Assembly (NCBI GenBank): GCA_001179505.1
Contig: CDMY01000236.1
Location: forward strand, 62,001-126,000
DNA length: 64,000 nucleotides
DNA from: Vitrella brassicaformis CCMP3155
Lineage: Eukaryota; Protista; Chromerida
Direction: 5' to 3'
In this document: positions 15,001-25,211 of the stretch, one piece after another
How positions within the stretch are numbered: position 1 is the stretch's first letter
Layout of the letters: each line of letters opens with the position of its first letter
Made by a program: the position numbers and the translations under genes
The notes under the pieces: generated by a model
Databases searched by the model: none
What the model was told of the DNA's origin: nothing
What the model saw: only the letters and a program-made list of their open reading frames with translations

Positions 15001-18000
15001 CCCGGAGCAGTCAATGTCGTTGGACACGGATTGCAGTGAGTACATCAACTTCTAGCTCACAAAGCTTTAGCGGGTTTCTGCTGCGCTCTTCTGCCGTGCA
15101 GTCTGTGGCGCCGGCTACCAGCCGAGTGCATATGGACGAGGGTACTGCACCAAGTGCGGAAGAGGTACGCAAGCCATCGATTCACCTGGACAAACGAAAT
15201 CTGGCTGTCTCTCGCGCTTTCTTCCAGGTGTCTTCAAGGGTGTGCAGGGCAACATCCAGGTATGCATGATATTCATGCGGCTGAGATGGCTCCGTCCACT
15301 TGACATGTATGTCTCTCTCAGTGTACCAATCCGTGTCCTTTGGCAGCCACGAGTGATCGGGGCGCCACATCGGAAGATGATTGCTATTGTGGCGGTCAGA
15401 ATAAACTAAATGAGAGGGAAAGGGTTGCACTTTAGCGTCTATAACTGCTAACTGTCAGGCGGCTTCTACGCCGTAATCAAGCGGACAGTCAACGGCAGCG
15501 TCATGACATGCAACCCCTGTGAGGGGAAAAAGGGGTGGAAGTGCGGAGAAGGGGTCGAGCCACAGGCAGAGCCAGACTACTGGCAACCGGGAGCACTGGG
15601 CCTAGACGCCCTTTTCAATCGCAATCAGAAAGGGGATGCGCAGCCGGCGTCGGCTCGTAGGCTGCTACAGGCAGCTGACGAGGGGGGAGTTGTTGGCAAT
15701 GAAACTGACGTGAAGATTATTGCTCTGGCCCCCGTCATTGTCGAATGCCCAGAGAAGGGCATATGCGTTGGTGAGGCAGACATCTTACAATAAGACAACA
15801 GCCGAAGTGTATCTTTCTTTCTCCCCAATAAATGCAGGAAACAGCACTTGCAAGGAAGAACTAAACCTCCAGGGCTATGCATGTGGTCAATGCAAGGCCG
15901 GGTACACCCGCATCAAGCCCGACAAGCACGAGTGTATCAGCTGCCAGGAGGAGTTTTCCGTCGCCACGCTGGCTGCACAGCTTGCATTCCGCCCGTTTTC
16001 GAGTGCCATCATTTCCTTTTACGTTGCCAAGCTCACCATCGAGTCGAGCCAGGAAAAGTCTGCTTTGCATTCGGTCATCTTCAAGATACTAACAACCCAC
16101 CTTCAAGTGGTCTCTGTGCTGTGGGGGTTCGACTACTCCAATGTGGATGTGTTCTTTAAAGACAAGTAGGCGAGATGGAAGGGTAAGTGGCACTCCGTTG
16201 ATGTCTAGATTTGCAGGTACGAGAGCGTGCGGACGGAGACACTCAAGGATGACAAGACATGGAAACCACTCAAAGTGCCGCCTAAGTGGCCTCCATTTGC
16301 AGATGACGGCAACGGAGGAGACATTCTGCAGTATGTGTAACAAACTGCCCGTGTGGTGTATGTGTATGTTCAGCGATGAGTGTCATATACTTCTGGAGGG
16401 GCAGCTTCAATCTACCTTTCAAAGTCGCCACGCCCAATCAGGTGCTCCACTGCCTTATATCATGGTGTGATGCGTCCTTGGAACATATGTGTGTGTTGCC
16501 TTTAGGTCCTCGACTGCCTCTTCGGTGCGGGGTCACTTCCCAGAAACAGTACGACGAGGGGAAATAGCGCAAGAATCGAAGTGAGTGCCCGCATCGGCTT
16601 ACCTGAGTGCAGGCACCCCTGGCGGAGTCCCTGAGCCCGTCGACGCCAATCCTTATCCTTATTATTTCTGGCTTGCGGCCCCTGTGATCTGGATGTTTGT
16701 CCTGACTCTTGTTGGACTCCCACTCTGGAGCTTTCCCGTTATTGCCACCTTCCTGGAGTTCTTCTGTGCGTATCCAAAAAGCAGAGCCTGTATGCATCCG
16801 GAAACGCGGTGTGTGTGTCTGTGTGTGCAGTTAAGGAAGGTCTTGTCAAGAAGACGATGAACGACTTGAGGAAGCGCACGCAGCGGGCAATCAAGAAGCG
16901 CTTGTCGTCCAGGAAAAACAGCAAGAAAAGTCACGCAGAACTCACTGAGGACGGCGCCAGTCCAAGCAAGAAGCCGTCCCGCATGTGGTCTCGCTCCCAC
17001 TGGTCGTTCCTCAGCCTTGGGCGCAAGGACACAGCCCGCTCTCTCGGCACCAACATGGATGAAGGCGCGATGAATGTTAGCAGTTTGGAATTTGGAGCTG
17101 GCAAGGCCCACAGCAAGAGCGGGGACAGCCGGGTTGCGCCGGCTGCTGTTCCGGTTGCTGTGCACTTCAATTCAGGCGAGGCCGTGGACGACATGGTCGA
17201 CCCGGGGGACGTCCTCTTTGACCAGGACAGTCCCGCCCCTCCAGACGCGAAGAGTCAGGGCGAACAGTCGTCACACATCCCCGTCAAGCAGAACTCCTTC
17301 GACAACTTTATGGTTGCCACACCTGCGCGTCAGGCGACATCGGAGCAGGAGGTAGCGAGTCCACCAACCGTGCAATTCGATGTTATCGAGCAGCATGCGA
17401 CAGCTCCGATTGCGCAAGGAAGCGAGGGCGAGGAGGCCGCGGAGGGCACAGACGGAAAGAGACAAGACGCCACAGAGACACAAGGGGACGGAGGAGATGT
17501 CGCGCAAATGCCCAAAGGGGCCCTCAAGGGCAGGACGGGAATGTGGGGCAGGCTGAGTGAAGGCCTCGCCGTCCGCAAGCAGCCCACTGTCCCGGCCGAA
17601 GAAGAAACAGACGATGTAAAAGCCGTCCAGCATGCCCTCCTTGCCACCTTCAATCTGGCCGAGAAGAGCAAAAGCCGAAAGTATGACGATCGAAAGTCCT
17701 CATTGCTGCAGAATCTTTTTCTGAGGAAGAAAACCGGGAAAGACGCAAACGCGACTACAGAGATCGCAGACGGTAACTAAGACCTTCATGAAAGACAAAA
17801 GAGTCACACATGCGCCTATCGTTTTAGAGCCGAAGAGCCCTGGCCTGAAGGTCGATTTATTAGACTTGGCCAAGGTGAGTGCATACAACACACACACACA
17901 CACACACACACAAGGTTGAAGTATTTCTCGATGGCCACAAGAAATACCGGGAGAAAAATGCCGATGAGTTCAAAGACGACGACGACCGCGCAGAAGACGC

Positions 18001-21000
18001 AGACAAAAACACAAAAGGTAAGCTGTGAACACTGCGGTGAAAAGTGTCATATGGCCTAATCCCTCCTCAGGTGACCGCTTTGCCAGCGTTGTAGACGCGG
18101 CAATGGTAGAGGACAGGAGGGAGAAGGAAAAGGCTCTGATGAGTAGCAAGTCAGCGCGTAGTGTGGTCTTCACCGAGGCAAGTAGGGATGGTGAGGTCGA
18201 CGAGGATGACAACTTGGAGTCGAGTAGCTCATCGAGTGAGGAGGAGGATGACAACAAGGGCCCCATCCGAATCCTCGGCATATTTCGGCCGAGACAGACT
18301 GTTTCCGACAGGATGATTCCGCAACTTAAAGCGTTCTTCATCGACATGTGAAAGCAACCGACAGTCACACACATACAGTCGTGTCATGCCTGCGTTACTC
18401 TTGTCTGTGTTAGGGCGCCTGCGTACATCATTTGTATCTTCTTATTGTGGCCCGAAGTGACAGAGAGGATGCTAAGTCTCGTGGAGTGTGGCTTCTACCC
18501 GATGTAATTCCTCAAATCACACGTATGGCCAATACGGAATTGTGCTTGCGTTGACTGTCAGGAAGGGCTACCGGGACGACGAGATGCGGCTCATGCAAAA
18601 TCTTGACGTCATCTGCGGCTCGGAGCTATACTACCAATGGATATGGCTTGCGTTCACTGGCCTTCTCTTCTGGTCAGCGGGGGGCATCTTTGCGGTGTGG
18701 GTGATCCTCTACCTCAATCGCAAGAGACTGAATGTACCCAAAGTCCGCAGCGTGTTGGGCTTCCTGTACAATGGGTATGAAATGAAAGAGCCGCTCTACT
18801 ATTGGGAATTAGTTCAGGTAATGCCCACTTCAGCCGATGCTCATGTGTCGCCAATGTGTCTTGATACATACAATTGCTGGTCAGATGTTCCGCAAGTTGC
18901 TGGTTCTTATAGTGACATTCGTGCCGATACCTGATGTCCGTGCCCGTCTGATCCTTTATGGTATGGTCGCCACGGCGGCACTGGCCCTCCATGTCTCCTT
19001 TGGGCCATATGACAATCGACAGGTGATGCGCTCTCCCTTCAAGGGAGGCGTGTCTCATCTCTTCCTCCCTGTACCGTACCATGTGCAGGATGGAGCTCTG
19101 GACAAGTTGGAGAGTTTCTCTCTCTTCAGCTGGATCATCACTCTGATGCTGCTGCAGCTGATGCTCATCTTCGGAGAGGACTTCGGCCCAGATTTCAACA
19201 CAGTCTGCGCAGTGGGCTTGGTTATCGTCAACGGTCAGGGATGGAGGGAGGGAGGGAGTGGGGCAAGAGTTGAGGACGCTCTTGTGTGTGTGTGATTGAT
19301 ACATTCCTTCATTGATGTGGTTGGTTGGTGTGCAGGCTACTTCCTTTACCTAGCGATTTACTACTTGATCCGCGACGTCGGCGTGTCGCAGCTCCAAAGC
19401 ATTGCCGACAAAGCAGCCGTGAAGGAAGCCGGCGTTGACAAGAAGGAGGCCAAGCGCCTCAAGAGGGAGGAGAGAAAGCGGAGACGTGAAGAGAAACGGA
19501 GGTCGTCGGCGAGCAGCAAACGCAGCTCGATCTTCTCTTTCTTAAGCAAGAAGGGACAGGGGCAGGAGGATGGGCAGCCGAGGAGGAATTCAGCCTTCAC
19601 AGAAGCCTACACCCGTGTGACTGCCGTCTTCAAGAAGGGATACGAGGTGAGCTACAGTCAGGGAATGCATCTAGTGAGAAACGGCAACCGACTCTTTTTG
19701 TTGGGATACCCATTCAGGCTGTGAAAGACATCGCGAAGAAGGCTCAAGGAGGTCGCGAGCGGTTCTACATCCATCCAGTCGAAAGAACAGGTATGTGTAT
19801 TTTCGTCGCTGTCAATGCTGTCACTGTACGGATTGTGTGTCCTTGTCAGTTCTACTGGGTGGTGAGGACGCTGAAAAGGAGATCACTTCTTTGCCTGACT
19901 TCGATTGGCTTCATTTGAAGGGGTCCCGTAGCTTCAATGACAATAGCTATCTCATGCGTACTCTTGGCCAGCTCCTCGAGCACTGCATCGACACTTTGGA
20001 GTTGTCCCCCATTCCCCCCGACCTCATTGGCCGCATCTTCCTTGCAGCCAAGAAGATTCAATTGCAGAAGAAGATCGAGCAGACGCATCTGCCAGTGTCT
20101 GTGAAGAAGCTGGCCGAGGAGACGCTGACAAACAGCCCTGCGACGCTAGCGACGGGCATGACCAATGAGGAGTTCCAGCTCGCCGCTCAGGTGCGCTGTA
20201 CACTCATCGGCTTTACAGACACGCAACGCGCAACTTGCCCCAAATGCATACGCAGGAGCTGATGGAGCTTGAGGAAGATGATCTGTGGGCAGCGCTTGAA
20301 CTGGAGGCGAAGAAGAAGGACGTTGGCGAGGAGGACAACGCAGATGGGAGGGCCGGGGTACTGACAGGAGAGACTGTAATATTCGCTTTGCCCGATCCAC
20401 GAACGATGTCTGTCCTGTGCCCTTTCCTATCTTCCCAGCTTGCAGATGTGTTGGCCGAGTCTGGCCAGCTGATTAAGAAGGAGGACCAGCCCCTCCACGG
20501 CCTCTTCAAGGCACTGGTACGCACACCTGAAGGACGATGCTGGAGACATGTCAAAGTAAAGCAAGTCAGCGCCTTTCACCTTGCACAGAAATCCGACAAG
20601 GAGAGGAGCGGTTCCCTTGCACTCGCAGACAGGGACGACGATCCAGGCCGCGACGGCGATGATGAACTAGTCTCTCCCGGGAAGGGGCAGTACGCGCGCG
20701 GAATGACAGAAATGCCGATTGAGCCTCTCAGCGGCAAAGCCACAAGACAACGCCATGGCGACCGTGTGACAATAGCAGAAAACCACGAGCGTTCAGGCGA
20801 CGAGGCAGAGACACATGTTCACAAGGACGTGGCTGACTCGCTGTCTTATGCCGACCTGACGGGCAAGAGTGCGTCAGCTGTGGCAAGAGACGAGGGCATG
20901 GAGGCAAAGAGGAAGTCCTCAGAGGACATCGGCTCGACAGGTGAGGACGATGCCCAGCCGGTTTTTCCCAACCTCGGCACAGCCGGCCCTGCCAACCCCC

Positions 21001-21047
21001 CGAGTCACTCTCTCCGCAGAGGGAATAATGATGGCTCCGAAGAGTAG
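1..21047 (+). CDS. Giant multi-exon cysteine repeat modular protein (CRMP-like) multipass surface receptor, 5' end outside the window
   Basis: A continuous chain of + strand exons with GT..AG introns, starting with a donor at nt 13. Domains in order: FN3-like modules ending Y-x-x-Y/W-C-x-A-x-D (about 1060-5600); one LNR/Notch repeat (about 2420-2510); about 6 Cys-containing beta modules (540-9760); NHL-like repeat (about 10560-11050); He_PIG-like Ig segment SVNAATGALEGTP (about 11810-11930); GCC2/GCC3 (ephrin-receptor-like) Cys repeats (about 12030-15950); Ser/Thr-rich stalk (14100-14890); multipass TM region with GFLYNGYEMKEPLYYWELVQMFRKLL (about 15950-19380); charged cytoplasmic tail ending at TAG 21047. 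Confidence 0.8.
2420..2515 (+). other. LNR (Lin-12/Notch) repeat within the CRMP-like gene
   Basis: CNGGACMASQRGDGACQQECRTADCNWDDGDC matches the 6-Cys LNR pattern C..C....GDG.C...C....C.WDGGDC. Confidence 0.8.
13850..13930. repeat. (CCCT)/(CT)/(CTT) compound microsatellite in a CRMP intron
   Basis: ccctccctccctc..ctctcttcttctcgctctctcttcttcttctcgctctctc directly visible. Confidence 0.9.
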
Positions 21048-21488
21048 TCCGCCTGGACCGGTTCATGCTTTCAAATGGTGGAAGTGGATACTTGTGTACG
21101 GCGGGTTATTTTTCTATTTGTCGAGGAAAGTGCATCTATACCGAGGCGTCAGTAGTAGCAATGGCCCCTCTATGTCTCTACGCTACGTTGCGTATCCACA
21201 AGTAGATTTCTCTGCAGGTAGACTAGACTTGATCAATGTAGCTGGCGCAAGCCATGTCCATGTGTCAGACCGTACGTCTGTTTGATCCATGTATACTCCC
21301 GTCTGTGAACCGTTCAGTCGTCGCATGCACAAACACGATATCTCCCCCAACATATGCATCAGATCTGTGAGATCTTCTTGAAGTCGTCTTTGCTGTATGC
21401 CTTGCCCTTCCGACACGGCATCTGACACTTGCAGCCCACACACACGCCTTCAACGAACAAAGAGACACCATGCGCTATGAAAATTGCT

Positions 21489-22745
21489 CTATGTCAAGCC
21501 GTTCTCCTCCGTACCACATCCATTCGTGGGTCTGGCCCGGTGCACTCGCTCCAAGCGATGCGCCACTGTATCAGCATCTACGGGCTTGCCCGCGGCCCTG
21601 GCGAGAACAAAATCCACACATCAAAACAAAAGCCGGACACTGTGCATGCGCTTTGTCCGCACCTTCTTTCGGATTCGGTTTCAATGACGGTCGTGTGCTC
21701 GTGGAATGACTCGCCGCACTTGCACCTGTAGGTCGACTGCAGCCCTTCACAGCCACACGGGCGGGTCTGCCCATTGGCCAGGGTGACCCGCACTTGGCAG
21801 GGTGAAGGGAGGCCATTGACGAAGTGCTGCGTGGCGAGATGCTTGCACTTGCAATGGAGATACCAGCTGCCCTGATGGGGCAGGTAAGAAAACTGAGGAC
21901 ACCTGTACAGTCAGTCCAAGTGAGAGAGGAAAAGGGCACGACTGACTGTGGAGGTGTTCTTTTTCTTACTTGCACCCCGGGCATCTACATGGGGCCTGCT
22001 TGTGCAGCAGGTCATACCACTCGTGGGCTTTCCACGAGTGCCCGCACAGACACAGGCAGTCGTTCTTGATGCGGACACACTCTCGTCCGCGAGAGTTGAC
22101 CCAGTGCACAAACAACCTGCAGACAACAAAAGAACCGCCGCTGTGCCATACGCCCTCCTCACAGTCTCCGCCTCTCCGCCCCTCTGCCTCTCACCTATTG
22201 CCCCAAGTCGCCTTGTACTTGCCCAGCAAATCCTTGATCTGCTCGTACGGCAACTCCCCCCCGCCATCGCTCTCGCCGACCAGCTTCTGATACACCATCA
22301 GACTGACCTTGCCCTTCCCTCTATTGGGCATGCCGCCGGTCCCGCTCCGACTCCGAGTCGTCATTGCAGACGACGCAGACCGACCCGCGTCACTTGCGCA
22401 TGGCCCCTCGCTCGTCGCCGCATCGTCTGCACTCAGCCGCTGGCCCCCTCTCATGCCATCAACAGTGCTGGCCACGGCTGCGGATGGTTGCCGGGTGACA
22501 TTCAATGCGCGTGGTCTGGGGATGCGGCTTTCGAATTCGCCGAAGGATGCTGTGGCCTTCATTGCACGCGAGTGACATGATGGACGGGGGATGGAACTCA
22601 CGGCAGATGCAGCAGCTTCGGGAGAAGTCATTTGCAAGGCAGGAACAAACACCCGACGGACGACGCCGAAATAAAAGCCGCCCTTCGTTGCCCAGCGTTG
22701 CACGGCAGCCAGGCCATTCTTGTGTATTTTCTTAAGTACAGCCAC
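21489..22745 (-). CDS. FAM221: FAM221A/B-like (DUF4475) Cys/His-rich protein, multi-exon
   Basis: Spliced minus-strand exons read YEQIKDLLGKYKATWGNR|LFVHWVNSRGRECVRIKNDCLCLCGHSWKAHEW..PCRCPGCK|FSYLPHQGSWYLHCKCKHLATQH..CGCEGLQSTYRCKCGESFHEHTTVIETESERR|ARAAGKPV, matching the FAM221 motif order. Stop TAG at 21489-21491. Start codon uncertain. Confidence 0.75.
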
Positions 22746-22757
22746 ATGAAGGGAAGG

Positions 22758-24377
22758 ATGCTTGCCGTCCTTCCTCTCCTCCTTACCGCGGCTGGTAAGC
22801 TCCCTGTTGCGTCAGGCGCACAGCCCTGCAGCCAGCTGATGGAGGTGTGCACGGAGACCGAGTGCTGCCTGGACTACGGGGCCATTTGCAAACAGAAAAC
22901 GAAGGTCTGCACACACCCGAAGTAACGCCCGCCTTGCCTCCAAGGCGAACGCCTCCTTGTTTGTCGTTGGCAGGGCGGCTTTGCTCAGTGTCGCCCTGCA
23001 ATCGAGCAGTGCCCTCCCCCTGATGCTGTTGACTCTTTCTGGTACCTCAGAAGCCGAAGGAAACAGACAAGCACCTCTGTTTGTCCCTGTCTGTCTCTGC
23101 CTGCCTGCAGGACTTGCACCAACCTCGAGAAGGCCACTTCTGGGCCAAAGCTTGGCACAGTGGAGTTTGCCCTCCTCTATGACAACCGATTTGGCCCCTC
23201 GATGGAAGGCAGTATTTACGAGAAAACACCACTGGTGCCACACACAATGCAAGGGGCAGAGCAAACACCACACCCACCCCTGTGTCTTTGTGTGTGTGTG
23301 TGTGTGTGCGCGCGCTTCGGTTCATCCTGTGCCTGCAGTATCAGAGCCGCCACCAGATCATGTACCAGCAGAATGAGATGCAGGACTTCACCTTCCTCGC
23401 GACGGCTTCCAACGACACGACGTCGGTTTTGTTCGAGTTCCTCGACTGGCAACAATACACCATCTCAGCGACCGACGGCCGATCGCCCAACGGTGATCAG
23501 TCAACGCCCTTCTCAGCATTCGGCAAGAAAGAGGCCGCCTCGCCGGATGCGGCCGGCGTCCAGTTCCTTGGCGCGCCCCGTTGGGTCAAGGAGCTGAGTG
23601 GTTGTGGGGGCGACTATACGTTGAGAGCGACTCCCTACGACGTGCACGGAGAGGCGGGCCTCGCAAAACACTTCTCGAGTAGGTTTGTCCGGGGGAAGGG
23701 GGAGTGACTCGCTCGCTCGTCGCATATCTGATGTTATTGTCTGCTGGCGCTCAGTCCGTCTGCTGCCGTCGTGTGAATGCATTGACTACGGTAAGCAGGA
23801 GGGACAATACAACGAATGCGCTGCGCATCCTTCTGCCAACTGCGCTTTGCCCGTCTCTCCATTCAGAGCCCGTGTTAAGGGGTCTCGAGTTCATCGCCCT
23901 CAGCAGTGATGGCACGCCGCGCAAGCCACCTGCAGCCAGCAGAGCGCCATCTCCAAAGAAGCCGTCCAACCTCCGGCGGGCGCAGCTGACCGATGAGGAC
24001 GATACGGTGGCCCCTGCCCAATCGGTTCGGAACTCGGTGCTGCTCAAGCATGGCTTCACCTATGTAATTGACACGACCAAGACATTTCCTGGGGCCAACT
24101 TCACCGTCAAAGCCACTGAATGCGAGGCATCTGACACCAGCCCGATTTCCAAGGTGGAGTGGATTCTGATGGACAGTCGCCGGAAGAAGATCAAGACTAG
24201 CTTCGACGAGACCGCCCCGTATACTCTGATGGGTGATGTCGACGGCGAGAACTTCACGCCTCTCCCGGAGGGGATGGTGTTGGAGGGCGGCAGGTTTTAT
24301 GTTCGGGCACTGCCATATGATCACGAGGGCAAGCCAGGACCAAAGGAATTTGCGGTGGACATCAGAAGTACGACAGA

Positions 24378-24409
<32 letters not shown>

Positions 24410-24690
24410 GAAGGAGGGAATAGAGAGAAACAGAGGGAGACAGCCACCGCGGGTGTACGTGTTGTGTTGTGTCCTGCGATGGATGCTGTGGGTGATCAGT
24501 TGACATCGTATCTGGGGATGGCGAGATGGCAGTCGATGAGGCTGAGCCTGCTGAGGCAGTGATTGAGCTGATAGATGAAGAGGAACCGACAGCATCGCCA
24601 TTTGACGCAGACGCACAGACCGAAGAGCGCTCTGCCCCCCAGTCTAAGGAGGATATTCGCCTCGATGAGGCGCCCTTATCGCCATGGTAG
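22758..24690 (+). CDS. Secreted protein: signal peptide, short Cys-rich segment, two Ig-like modules resembling bacterial surface-protein repeats, acidic tail
   Basis: ATG 22758 MLAVLPLLLTAA; CSQLMEVCTETECCLDYGAICKQ; module 1 TTSVLFEF..PFSAFG..GDYTLRATPYDVHGEAG; module 2 ISKVEWILM..DETAPYTLMGDVDGENFTP..GGRFYVRALPYDHEGKPG; last exon ends LSPW-TAG at 24690. Confidence 0.65.
24379..24430. repeat. (GA)n microsatellite in an intron
   Basis: gagagagaaagagagagagagagagagagagg directly visible. Confidence 0.9.
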
Positions 24691-25211
24691 ACAAGTGGTA
24701 TGTGAGTGTATGTCGGAAGCTGAGCTGGAACACCATCCAAAGGGCTGGGCGCTCGCGATGTACACTCTGGAGAAGCAGGTCGTTTGGAGTAGGGCAGGGC
24801 TGCGTGTTAACTGCTGGTGACTACGGTATTTGCAGAAAGGCTGTTGCTGCTAGGACTTGTATCATGTGTGTGTGTGTGTGTGTGTGTGATCATGATGCCT
24901 TTTTTGCGCTGATACCTCGGCGCATGTCACCGTTTGTCTTGCATTCATGTCGAGTGTCAGACAGCGAGTGGCAGACACGCCGTCACGGGTGTGTTAGTGG
25001 CGGGGGCGGGTGAATGGAACGCTAGTTAGTCGGCGAAAAACAATCACATGGTCTTTCATTTCTGCATACAATGTTGAGATCCCAACGGGAAAAACGGTAA
25101 GCTTGCAAGGCCAATCAGCCACAGCAATCCCTCGGCAGCTGCGACGCTTCTTTCGTCCGGTTCTGGTGGCTGTGGAGATCTCGCAATGCTCGTTCATTCA
25201 TCGGCGGGTCG

